Shown here one piece after another: positions 17,578-26,478 of a stretch of 64,000 bases of DNA. The stretch's first letter is position 1; each line of letters opens with the position of its first letter. The DNA is from Alphaproteobacteria bacterium UBA998 (GTDB lineage Bacteria; Pseudomonadota; Alphaproteobacteria; Rickettsiales; UBA998): positions 7,853-71,852 of the forward strand of contig DBAY01000007.1 of assembly GCA_002291925.1 (NCBI GenBank), written 5' to 3'. A program made the translations under genes and the position numbers. A model generated the notes under the pieces. It was given only the letters and a program-made list of their open reading frames with translations, was not told where the DNA came from and made no database searches.

Positions 17578-18368
17578 AGGCAGATGTTTCCGTTATCCTG
17601 CCAGAGCTTCCATGGGGCGCCTTCCTCCCACAGCTTCATGAGGTAGTTCTTGTCGCGCAGCGTATCCATCGGCTGCCAGAAGCCGGAATGCCGGTAGGCC
17701 ACGAGTTGCCCTTCCCGCGCCAGGTTTTCCAGCGGTTCGCGCTCGAGAACGGTTTGCGACGAGTCGATATACCCAAGCGCCTTGCGGTTCATCACGAAGA
17801 AGCCGCCATTGATGTAGGATCCGTCGCCCTGCGGCTTTTCAATGAAGGAGCTGACCTGACCGCTCTCGCTGAGTTCGAGCGCGCCGAAGCGGCCGGACGG
17901 CTTGACGGCGGTGACGGTCGCCAGCTTGCCGTGCGCCAGGTGGAAATCGACGAGGCGGCGGATGTCGATGTCGGCCACCCCGTCGCCGTAGGTGAGGCAG
18001 AAATGCTCATCCTCTTCGAGGAAGCGGCCGATGGCTTTGACGCGGCCGCCGGTCATGGTGTTTTCGCCCGTCTCGACCAGCGTCACGCGCCAGGGCTCGC
18101 TGCGCGTATCGTGGAAATGCTCGGCGTTGGTGCGCATGTCGTAAGTGATGTCCGACATGTGCCGGAAGTAGTTGGCGAAATACTCCTTGATGTAATAGCC
18201 GCGATAGCCGAGGCAGATGATGAAATCATGAAAGCCGTAATGTGAATAAATTTTCATGATATGCCAAAGGATGGGCTTGCCGCCGATCTCGATCATTGGC
18301 TTGGGCTTGAGGTCCGTCTCCTCTGAAATCCGGCTGCCGAAACCGCCCGCCAGCAATACCACTTTCAT
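17574..18368 (-). CDS. rfbF: Glucose-1-phosphate cytidylyltransferase
   Basis: MKVVLLAGGFGSRISEETDLKPKPMIEIGGKPILWHIMKIYSHYGFHDFIICLGYRG is near-canonical RfbF. ATG at 18368 is preferred over the GTG at 18377. Confidence 0.9.
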   Translation of the reverse strand: MKVVLLAGGFGSRISEETDLKPKPMIEIGGKPILWHIMKIYSHYGFHDFIICLGYRGYYIKEYFANYFRHMSDITYDMRTNAEHFHDTRSEPWRVTLVETGENTMTGGRVKAIGRFLEEDEHFCLTYGDGVADIDIRRLVDFHLAHGKLATVTAVKPSGRFGALELSESGQVSSFIEKPQGDGSYINGGFFVMNRKALGYIDSSQTVLEREPLENLAREGQLVAYRHSGFWQPMDTLRDKNYLMKLWEEGAPWKLWQDNGNICL

Positions 18369-18626
18369 ATGCTTCACCCGTCGCTGCTACGTAAATCCTT
18401 TGTGCCGACAGTTATAGGAAGGATGGCGTGGCCTTGTCCAGCGGGCATATTAAGACGTCTCATGTGAAGAAGAAAGCGAAGTATCGCCTATGATTCATGG
18501 TCTTGGCGAAAGCAGGCGAGCGCTTTCCAGACGGAATGTCGGGGGGAATCTCTCTTGGAATGCCCTTGGATGTACAGATATTCTTGAAGCAGTATGTCGT
18601 GCAAACGCAGCATGAAATCGACGGAG

Positions 18627-19028
18627 TCAACGTGGAAGCCCGGCCGCTGCTGCCAGCGCCACGACCTCATCCTCCGGCGATTTCGCGCCGCTGACGCCGA
18701 TCGCGCCGACGCACTGGCCTTGATACATCAGCGGAATGCCGCCCTGCACGGGCAGGCGGTCCGGGAAAGTGAGGGTGCCGGGGCGCTCCTTGGCGACGTC
18801 TTCCAGTATTTTGGTGGATGTTCGGGTGAGGGCGGAGGTGCGTGCCTTGCGGATGGCGACGTCCGGGCTTTGCGGCACGGCGCCGTCCATGCGCTCCAGA
18901 TGCATCAGCAGCCCGGACTCGTCCACCACGGCGATGGTGATGCGCCAGCCCTGCTTCTCCGATTCGGCCTTGCCGGCGGCGACCACGGTGCGTGCTTCTT
19001 CAGCGCTCAAGATGGGACGGGTCAGCAT
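18627..19028 (-). CDS. GlcG/HbpS-like (DUF336) heme-binding family protein
   Basis: 133 aa with the C-terminal GGIPL...CVGAIGVSGAKSPEDEVVA motif characteristic of DUF336. Confidence 0.8.
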   Translation of the reverse strand: MLTRPILSAEEARTVVAAGKAESEKQGWRITIAVVDESGLLMHLERMDGAVPQSPDVAIRKARTSALTRTSTKILEDVAKERPGTLTFPDRLPVQGGIPLMYQGQCVGAIGVSGAKSPEDEVVALAAAAGLPR

Positions 19029-19097
19029 GATGTCTCCTCCATGTTCGGGATGTTTTCCCTCCTATAGAGGAGACATCAGCAAAAGACCAGTCAGGGA

Positions 19098-19538
19098 TCA
19101 GTTTTCGAAGAACAGGCTGCTGTCGCTGACGCGCAGTTCCTCAAAACCGGTGGCGGTGAGGCCAAAGAACGTGCCGGTGTCATCGCCTTGGATCTGGGCA
19201 CGGATGGCGTTGATCTCGTCCACGTAGGTTGTCTGATCCTCTTCCGACATGATGAGCTAGAGAATGTCATAGCCCTTGCCGCCCGAGTAATAGTTCTACT
19301 CGTTGTCGGCTAGCGAAACGCAGTTGAAGTTGAAGAAGGCGTTATCGTCTCCGCCCCCCAGCGTGGTCCGCCCCTTAGCGTGGATAGTGTCGTTTCCATA
19401 GCCGCCATCGATGAGATCGTTGCCGCCTTTACCCTTGATCACGACATTCTCATTGCCGCCACGCGCAAAAATGCACTCTGACATCGCGGTGCTGGTGATG
19501 GTTTCGCTGTTGTTGGTGCCGTGGATGGTGGTGGCCAG
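19098..19538 (-). pseudogene. Short RTX (GGxGxD repeat) paralog, decayed: CTG in place of ATG plus two in-frame TAG codons
   Basis: The translation LATTIHGTNNSETITSTAMSECIFARGGNENVVIKGKGGNDLIDGGYGNDTIH...ADNE*NYYSGGKGYDIL*LIMSEEDQTTYVDEINAIR...FFEN* aligns along its length with the upstream RTX gene. A GAGGAG SD is retained 8 nt before the CTG. Confidence 0.6.
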
Positions 19539-19609
19539 GAGTATTGCTCCTCAAATTGGAGTTTGATGGGTGGGGGGCTGGAAAAGCCCAGTGTTTGGGT
19601 GTGCTGGAA

Positions 19610-20612
19610 TCAGATATTTTCGAGGTCGAAAGGGGTGCTCGTGATTTCCAGACGCTCAAAGTCGCGCGCGGTGAGGCCGAGGAATTCCAACACGTCATCC
19701 TGTCTAATGGCTTCGCGGGCGACGGCAATCTCGCTGGCGTATTGCTGCTGCTGTTCAAGGGTCAGCACCAGCACCAGCGTGTCGAGGCCGTCATCCCCGC
19801 TATAGAGGTCGATACCACCTTCCGCGCTGTTCTCGAACTCGGTAAGGGCGTAATAGATGCGGTCATTGCCGTCGCCACCGAGGACGGTGTCGTTGCCGAG
19901 CCCGCCGGTCAGCGTGTCGTCACCGGCCTCGCCGTTGATGCGGTCATTCTCATCTCCGCCATCGATCTGGTCACGGCCATTGCCACCGCGCAAACTGTCG
20001 CTGCCAGCGCCGCCATTGATGAGATCGTTGCCGCTGCCGCCCTTGACCGTATCGGCGCCGACATAGCTGCTAATGGTATCATTTCCGCTGCCGCCATCGA
20101 TGAAGTCACGCCCGCCGCCCTCGGGATTGTCCGCCGCGTCGTCGCCCTCGTCCCCGCCGACCAGCACGTCATTGCCCGCGCCGCCCAGAAGGGAATCATT
20201 GCCGTAGCTGCCGATGAGGGTGTCATGGCCGTTGCCGCCCTCGATCGGTCCCGTAATCGTCGAGGCCGCCGAAGACGAGGTCGTTGCCGTCACCGGCCTT
20301 GATCCTGTCATCTCCCTCACTGCCGAAGATGCTGTCATCGCCGCTGCCGCCTACCAAGGTGTCCTTCCCGAAACTGCCGAATAGGGTGTCCCGGCCGGAG
20401 CCCCCATCAATCAAGCCAGCGAAATCAAGCGTCAGGAGATCATTTCCGCTGCCGCCATAAATCGAATCACGATTGGGATCGTCGAATCCTTCGCCAAAAA
20501 ACTGGTACCCGCCGAAGATCATATCATTACCGCCATAACCAAAGATTTTCTCGGTCAGCTCGCTGCCGATAATGAAGTTATTTTCGTTGGTTCCGCGAAT
20601 CATTTTGGCCAT
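19610..20612 (-). pseudogene. RTX calcium-binding repeat protein interrupted by one frameshift (near 20240-20270)
   Basis: Two overlapping ORFs (20223-20624 and 19610-20338), both full of GGxGxD nonapeptides. The total span of 1003 nt is not a multiple of 3. A GGAG SD precedes the ATG at 20612. Confidence 0.7.
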
Positions 20613-20883
20613 GTCCGTCTCCATATCCCTAGAAAGGAATCGAAGAGAACTTTTTTCAGTAAAAGATCGATAGGTGAGAAAGGAAAGTGTGCGAAGATTT
20701 TTTTAGTTGAAATCTTAATATCAATTTCGTTCAGGGTATTTTCTTATCTGGTATCAGACTGATAGAAGCATCTAACCTAGACCAGAATACAGACGCATTT
20801 ATATCGTTATATGCTTCTAGCGTATGGCTGCCGATGCGCCAGACGGCAGTGGGTTAGTCCTATCAATTTTTGGAAAACAAGTC

Positions 20884-21762
20884 CTAGGCGGTATGAAGCT
20901 GATGCGGTTGTGCCTGCGTATGGGAAGCAGCCTGTGTGCCATATCCAGCGTAGGCATCATACTCCACCGAGTCATGGCTGCAGAAGAAACGCACCTCCTG
21001 CGGCTGTTCGACGGAAAGCAGGCGCAGCCGCTCCTGGTTACGCAGCCGGGCGCGGCGGTCGGCTTCCATCATCATTTGGTAGAAACGCAGGCCCGGCGTG
21101 CAGCGTCGCTCGCGCTGGCCGATTTCGCCGCGATAGAAATAGGCGTCACCCGCATTCAGCAGCCAGTGATCGCCGTTACGGATGGCGACGCCGGCATGGC
21201 CTTCCGTATGGCCGCGCAGGGGGATCATCAGGATTTCCGGCGGCAGGCCCTTCAGGTCGCGCACCGCGTCGAAGCCGAACCAGCTCGTGCCGCTGCTGGG
21301 GTAGAACTGCCAGTGGCGCACCTCATCCCACTGGCGCGGACGGTAGCGCCGCGTGCGGATGAAGCCATGCCGCTGCTGCGCGGCCTCATACTCGCTCTGC
21401 ATCACATGCACGGTGGCGTCGGGAAAATCCTCCAGCCCGCCTGCATGGTCGAAATCGAGATGGGTGAGAATGATATGCCGCACATCGCTCGCCCGGTATC
21501 CCAACGTCTCGATCTGGTGGAGCGCTGTGTATTTCCGCTCGAACTGAATGCGGTTCAACAGGATGAAGAACGCGCTCAGGCGCTCACGTGGTGCGGCGAT
21601 GTCGCGCGTGCCAAAGCCCGTATCCACCAGCACCAGCCCCTGCTCGGTTTCCAGCAGCAGGCAGTGGCAGACGAGGTGGGCGCTGAGGCCCTTGCTGACC
21701 CCATCATAGAGCGCGCCGCCAAGGGGGCACATGCAGCCGCAATTGAGGTGATGGATGCGCAT
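20884..21762 (-). CDS. MBL-fold metallo-hydrolase
   Basis: HLDFDH (HxHxDH) motif, with later His and Asp ligands. An AGGAGAA SD precedes the ATG at 21762. Confidence 0.85.
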   Translation of the reverse strand: MRIHHLNCGCMCPLGGALYDGVSKGLSAHLVCHCLLLETEQGLVLVDTGFGTRDIAAPRERLSAFFILLNRIQFERKYTALHQIETLGYRASDVRHIILTHLDFDHAGGLEDFPDATVHVMQSEYEAAQQRHGFIRTRRYRPRQWDEVRHWQFYPSSGTSWFGFDAVRDLKGLPPEILMIPLRGHTEGHAGVAIRNGDHWLLNAGDAYFYRGEIGQRERRCTPGLRFYQMMMEADRRARLRNQERLRLLSVEQPQEVRFFCSHDSVEYDAYAGYGTQAASHTQAQPHQLHTA

Positions 21763-21860
21763 GGTTTTCTCCTGAAGTTCCTGCCAGCCTTGCGGATTTT
21801 CCAATAAAGAAGCAATCGCCGCCGCTGGCCTGTTGATGCCTGGATGCGCAAGCTGCCTGC

Positions 21861-22586
21861 ATGGACGCGCAAACGCTGACCCATGCCATGACGCAGGAAG
21901 CGCTGGCCGAAAAGGCCTTGTGGGTGCATGCGCGCCTCTGCGCGGAATATGGCTGCCCCGTACCGTTCTTCCGCCATGACGACCCGCTGGAGGAGTTGAT
22001 CTCCGCGCTGCTCTCCCACCGCACCAAGAATTCCGATACGGCCAAGTCCTTCAACGCGCTGAAGGAGCGCTTTGGCACATGGGAGGCGGTGCGGGATGCG
22101 CCGACGGGGGACGTGGAAGCCTGCATCCGCTTTTCGCGTTGGCCGGAGCAGAAGGCGCCGCGCATCCAGCAGATGCTGCGTGAGATCACGGCGCGGCAGG
22201 GTGATCTCTCGCTTTGGTTCCTTGGCAATCTGCCGCTGGAGGAAGCGCGTGCGTGGCTCGACAGCCTGCCCGGTGTTGGCCCGAAGACGGTGGCGGCGAC
22301 CTTGCTCTTCTCCGCGCTGCGCCGCCCGGTGATGCCAGTGGACAGCCACCATCACCGCGTCGCCCTCCGGCTGGGGCTGATCGCTCCCACGGTGGGCGAG
22401 GCGCGGGCGCATGTACTGCTTTCCGACTTGTTGCCGGAAGGATGGGACGCGCAGCAGGTCTATGACCATCACGAGGTGCTGATGTTCCACGGTCAGCGCT
22501 GCTGCTATTTTCGCAAGCCTGACTGCCACCGTTGTGTGGTGCTGGACGTGTGTCCCACCGGTCAGGCGCGGCTGGAGCCTGCCTGA
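21861..22586 (+). CDS. Endonuclease III-like HhH-GPD DNA glycosylase with a 4Fe-4S cluster loop
   Basis: HhH motif LPGVGPKTVAATLLF. C-terminal C-x6-C-x2-C-x5-C pattern (CYFRKPDCHRCVVLDVC). Confidence 0.85.
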   Translation: MDAQTLTHAMTQEALAEKALWVHARLCAEYGCPVPFFRHDDPLEELISALLSHRTKNSDTAKSFNALKERFGTWEAVRDAPTGDVEACIRFSRWPEQKAPRIQQMLREITARQGDLSLWFLGNLPLEEARAWLDSLPGVGPKTVAATLLFSALRRPVMPVDSHHHRVALRLGLIAPTVGEARAHVLLSDLLPEGWDAQQVYDHHEVLMFHGQRCCYFRKPDCHRCVVLDVCPTGQARLEPA

Positions 22587-22658
22587 CGCCAAACCACTTG
22601 CCCGCTCCACACCGCGCGGTTATGACTTTAGTCCTCCATCAACGCGTGAGGGGACGCT

Positions 22659-23924
22659 ATGCGCCGAGTCGTGATTTCCGGAATGGTCGGCAACGGTCTG
22701 GAATGGTACGATTTCGCGCTCTACGGGCAGTTCGCTCCCATCATCGCCAAGCATTTCTTTCCCAATGACGGCACGCCGGACGGCGAACTGCTCTCGCTGA
22801 TCGCCACCTATGGCGCGTTTGCGGCGGGCTTTGCCATGCGGCCGCTGGGGGCCATCCTGTTCGGTCATATCGGTGATCGTTACGGTCGCAAGCTGTCACT
22901 CACCATCGCCATCCTGATGATGGCGATTCCTACCGCCTGCATCGGTCTGCTGCCGACCTATGAGCAGATCGGCCTGATGGCGCCGGTGCTGCTGACGCTC
23001 ATCCGGCTGTTGCAAGGGCTCTCGCTCGGTGGTGAGTTCAGCGGCTCCATTGCCTTCATCGTGGAGCATTCGAAGGACCGCCACCGCGGCTTGGCGGGCA
23101 GTGCTTCCATGGCCTCGCTGGTAGCCGGGATGCTGCTCGGATCGCTGGTCGCCACCCTGACGGCGGCCGCCATGACCGAGGCGGACCTGCATGAATGGGG
23201 CTGGCGGATTCCGTTTGTGCTGGGCCTGCTCATTGGCTTCGTGGGCTTCTATATCCGCCACCACACGGAAGAAAGCCCGAAATACATGGAAGCCAAGGAG
23301 GCGGGCAGCTTGTCCTCCACGCCGCTGCGCGATGCGTTTACGAAATATCTCGGCCCGATGGCGCAAGGGGTGGGCATCTACCTCACCGTGACGCTGCCCT
23401 TCTATATCCTCACCGTGTTCATGATCAGCTACCTCGCGCAGGTGCTGGGGCACAGCATGGAGGATGCGCTGCTGCTCAACTCCATCACCATGGTGTTCAT
23501 GCTGCCCATCATCGTTGGCAGTGCCTGGTGGTCGGACAGACATGGCCGCAAGGGCATCCTGAGGGCAAGCGCGGTGGCGCTGCTGCTGCTGGCCTATCCC
23601 ATCTTCCTGATGCTCAATTCCGGCAGCTTCTTCGTCATTCTCGCCGGGCTGCTTCTGTACGCGCTCATCAACGGCGCCTTCCTCGGCCCGGTGCCCGCCG
23701 TATTGGTGGAGCTGTTCCCCACCGCCATCCGCTCCACCGCCATGGCCGTGTCCTACAACATCGCGGGCGCCCTTTTCGGCGGCACGGCCCCGATCGTCTC
23801 CACCTGGCTCATCCGTGAAACGGGCGATCCGAAAGTGGTGGCGTTCTACCTCATGGCCTCCGCCGCCCTGACGCTGGTGACCCTGAAATTCTTCCGGGAT
23901 CGGTATAACGAGGATCTGGTCTAG
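22659..23924 (+). CDS. MFS transporter, metabolite:H+ symporter (ProP/KgtP-like) family
   Basis: About 12 TM helices. Contains GNGLEWYDFALYG and GHIGDRYGRK signature motifs. Confidence 0.85.
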   Translation: MRRVVISGMVGNGLEWYDFALYGQFAPIIAKHFFPNDGTPDGELLSLIATYGAFAAGFAMRPLGAILFGHIGDRYGRKLSLTIAILMMAIPTACIGLLPTYEQIGLMAPVLLTLIRLLQGLSLGGEFSGSIAFIVEHSKDRHRGLAGSASMASLVAGMLLGSLVATLTAAAMTEADLHEWGWRIPFVLGLLIGFVGFYIRHHTEESPKYMEAKEAGSLSSTPLRDAFTKYLGPMAQGVGIYLTVTLPFYILTVFMISYLAQVLGHSMEDALLLNSITMVFMLPIIVGSAWWSDRHGRKGILRASAVALLLLAYPIFLMLNSGSFFVILAGLLLYALINGAFLGPVPAVLVELFPTAIRSTAMAVSYNIAGALFGGTAPIVSTWLIRETGDPKVVAFYLMASAALTLVTLKFFRDRYNEDLV

Positions 23925-24547
23925 ACGGCGCGTTCACGTGCCGGGCCGTCTGCTACCCGACCTTCGTGAGATGCATCAGCAAGATGCAGCACCGGCGAGG
24001 CTTCCGTAGAGGGTGCTTCGCGGCTCTGAACGAATGCCAGTTGCTGCTTGAGAGACGCATTCTCTGCCGCCAGCTCCTCATCGGAAGGCTTGAGCTCGTT
24101 CAGCTTTTTCAGGCGGTCATAGGCGGGGACAAGGTCCAGCTTTTTCTCTTCCTTGTTACGCCACAGCATGTAGATCGCAGGTATCGCCCCGACTTCGAAG
24201 CCTTTGAGGAAATTCCACGTATGCTTGGCAGCCTGAACCTGGTCCTTGGGGTCTGCAAACCAGCGGGTGATGAACGAAAGGCGGTCAACCTCATTGATCT
24301 CTAATTTCTCGCCCGTCAGCTTGCCAAATCCCTTCTTGACGAGGGTGTCGTAAATCTTGGTTGTAATCATCGGCGTGCCGTCCAGAGGGAACATCCGATG
24401 TTTTGTCAGGCGGCCGACGAGCAGTGCCGCCCCGCCCAGCGTGAAGGGGAGACTGACCCAGAGAAGCCTGCCCTTGACGAAATCGCCAAACCCCAGATTC
24501 TGGGATTTGCGTTCCTCAAATGATTCTGTCTGGAACGATTCCACCAC
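23921..24547 (-). CDS. Orphan two-TM protein with a C-terminal coiled-coil motif (paralog of 24555-25340)
   Basis: 208 aa. It shares architecture and the motifs LWRNKEEK / KLNELKPSDEELAAENASLKQQLA with the upstream gene. Confidence 0.6.
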   Translation of the reverse strand: MVESFQTESFEERKSQNLGFGDFVKGRLLWVSLPFTLGGAALLVGRLTKHRMFPLDGTPMITTKIYDTLVKKGFGKLTGEKLEINEVDRLSFITRWFADPKDQVQAAKHTWNFLKGFEVGAIPAIYMLWRNKEEKKLDLVPAYDRLKKLNELKPSDEELAAENASLKQQLAFVQSREAPSTEASPVLHLADASHEGRVADGPARERAV

Positions 24548-24554
24548 GGTCAGC

Positions 24555-25340
24555 TCACCCGGCGCGCTGGCGTTCGGCGGCGTCCTTGGCCGCTCCCTGA
24601 TGATCGGCTTCCGTCACCGTTGTGCGCGGCTGATCGTCATTGGCGGGCGCTGCCATCTCTGTTTTCTTCTCCGTCTCCGCCAGCATGGCGCGCAGCCGCT
24701 TGTTCTCGGCCACGAGTTCCGGGTTGGAGGGGCGGAAGATTTCCAATTTGGAGATATCGCGATCAATCTCGCGCGCGGCAAGGCGGGCGGATTCCTCGTT
24801 ACGCCATTCATCATAGGCCACCGCCAGGCTGCCGAACATGGAAGCGGGAATGCCCAGCAAGCCGGCGCCAATAAACTTGGCTGCCATTTGTTCACTGTCC
24901 GTGGTCAGATTCAGCGTCTTTTTCAGTTCCCGAATTTGCTCCGGGTTCTGTTCCATTTCATCAATCAACCTTTTTAGGTTTTGCCCGCTCGTTACCTGAA
25001 AGTCTGGCTCTGTGGCACGGATTTTCTCCAGTGCCTCTTTACAGATACGTTCGATTTGCTCTTTCGCCGGACCGAGCTTGGATATATCGATTTTTAGAGC
25101 GCTCCTGGCGAAATCAGACACGTGCCCAATTTTCGCGAACTGCCGCGGGAACATTCGGAGCAACGGACCGCCCAGGGCGAAATAACCCAGGGCACCCCCC
25201 GCCGCCATGGCACCGAGAGGGATAATCGTCTGCAGCCCCGTTTTAACCGCAAAGCGCTTGACGCCGAGGTCTTCTGCATGCCGCGTGTCAAAATCGGCGG
25301 CGCGTTGCGTTTTATCTTCCGTTTGCAGAGGTTCAGCCAC
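24555..25340 (-). CDS. Orphan two-TM protein with a C-terminal coiled-coil motif (paralog of 23921-24547)
   Basis: 261 aa. Motifs EWRNEES / KLEIFRPSNPELVAENKRLRAMLAE. Lies 7 nt upstream of its paralog on the same strand. Confidence 0.6.
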   Translation of the reverse strand: MAEPLQTEDKTQRAADFDTRHAEDLGVKRFAVKTGLQTIIPLGAMAAGGALGYFALGGPLLRMFPRQFAKIGHVSDFARSALKIDISKLGPAKEQIERICKEALEKIRATEPDFQVTSGQNLKRLIDEMEQNPEQIRELKKTLNLTTDSEQMAAKFIGAGLLGIPASMFGSLAVAYDEWRNEESARLAAREIDRDISKLEIFRPSNPELVAENKRLRAMLAETEKKTEMAAPANDDQPRTTVTEADHQGAAKDAAERQRAG

Positions 25341-25481
25341 GAAATAGCTCCTAATATCTCAAGTTCTTCCACGATTTTATCGAATGCGAAGGGCTGTTTG
25401 TGTGAAGAGTTTGTGAATATCTACGTTTCCTGAAAGGCGAAGCCCATGGCGCGCGGCGGCAAACGATGGTAGGAAAATCAA

Positions 25482-26018
25482 ATGGATTGGCTCTTTAACG
25501 TGGACTGGAAGACCATGCTGGAGGCGGATACGCCGCTGCTGGAGATTTTCCTACGCGGGTCGATGATTTATCTGGGCCTGTTCTTCATGCTGCGTTTTAT
25601 CCTCAAGCGCACGGCGGGCACGGTGGGCATCAGCGACATGCTGGTGGTAGTGCTGATTGCCGATGCGGCGCAGAACGGCATGGCGGCGGATTACCATTCC
25701 GTCACGGACGGGCTGTTCCTGGTGGCGACCATCCTGTTCTGGAGCGTGCTGCTGGACTGGCTGGGCTTCCGTTTCCCGCGCATCCGCCGCCTACTGGAGC
25801 CGCCGCCGCTGCCGCTGGTGGAGAAGGGGCGCATCCTGCACCGCAACCTGCGCCGCGAGCTCATCACCCGCGATGAGCTGATGGAGCAGCTGCGCGAGCA
25901 GGGGCTGGAGCGGCTGGACCAGGTCAAGCGCGCGTGCATGGAGAGCGACGGGCATATCAGTGTTATTCCCTACCAGCGCGGGCCCGAGGGTAAACCGCGC
26001 AAGCAACGCGGTGCATAA
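25482..26018 (+). CDS. DUF421 (YetF-like) membrane protein
   Basis: N-terminal TM helices followed by a C-terminal RELITRDELMEQLREQG...DGHISVI motif typical of DUF421. Confidence 0.75.
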   Translation: MDWLFNVDWKTMLEADTPLLEIFLRGSMIYLGLFFMLRFILKRTAGTVGISDMLVVVLIADAAQNGMAADYHSVTDGLFLVATILFWSVLLDWLGFRFPRIRRLLEPPPLPLVEKGRILHRNLRRELITRDELMEQLREQGLERLDQVKRACMESDGHISVIPYQRGPEGKPRKQRGA

Positions 26019-26478
26019 GCTGGAAAATAAAAAAATCAGCATCGTCTTATATAAAGCTTATGGCTTCTTGATGCATACGGGTCTAATCCTAACGGGGTCT
26101 TAACCCGTTAATTTTCTTATGTCCGATCCAGTGCTAGCTGATTTCATGGCCTTGGCCGAGGCGATTTCCCCCCGAGCAAACGGTGCTTTTCCGGGATATA
26201 GCGGTACTGCAAGCGCGTCGGCTGGCCCAGTTCGGCATGGCGCTGGATGCCATCTGCCAGAGGCTGGCTCCAGTGGTGGCGCGGCGGCTCTCGATGGACG
26301 AACATCAGGCTTCTGCATGGCTTCGTGCAGAATTGATAGCCGAGTCTGATCCGTCTTCTGCTCCCCGTTCCGCTTCTTCTTCCCCAGACTTTAAGGTGTC
26401 AGCCTAGCCGGTCGCCGCAGCCTTCCTTTATTTGCTTCCTTTTGTGCTTTATATAGCGGGAAAAAGGGAGAACCCATC

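Noticed and set aside
5243-18480. Classical integrative element at tRNA-Arg (integrase plus att direct repeats)
   Set aside because: No integrase or recombinase ORF was seen, and no second copy of the tRNA 3' end was noticed at the far boundary. The region is reported only as a compositionally and functionally distinct island next to a tRNA.
19257-19295. Two in-frame TAG codons in RTX copy B as programmed amber read-through or pyrrolysine
   Set aside because: The same copy has also lost its ATG (CTG). Its tandem paralog carries a frameshift, and nothing else suggests recoding machinery. Simple pseudogenisation is the parsimonious reading.
26183-26407. 74-aa GTG-initiated ORF (and overlapping 26119-26349) in the DUF421-pirin spacer
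   Set aside because: It has no SD and no recognisable motif, and competing overlapping frames exist. The ~460-nt spacer may contain a small gene, but the sequence alone does not support a call.
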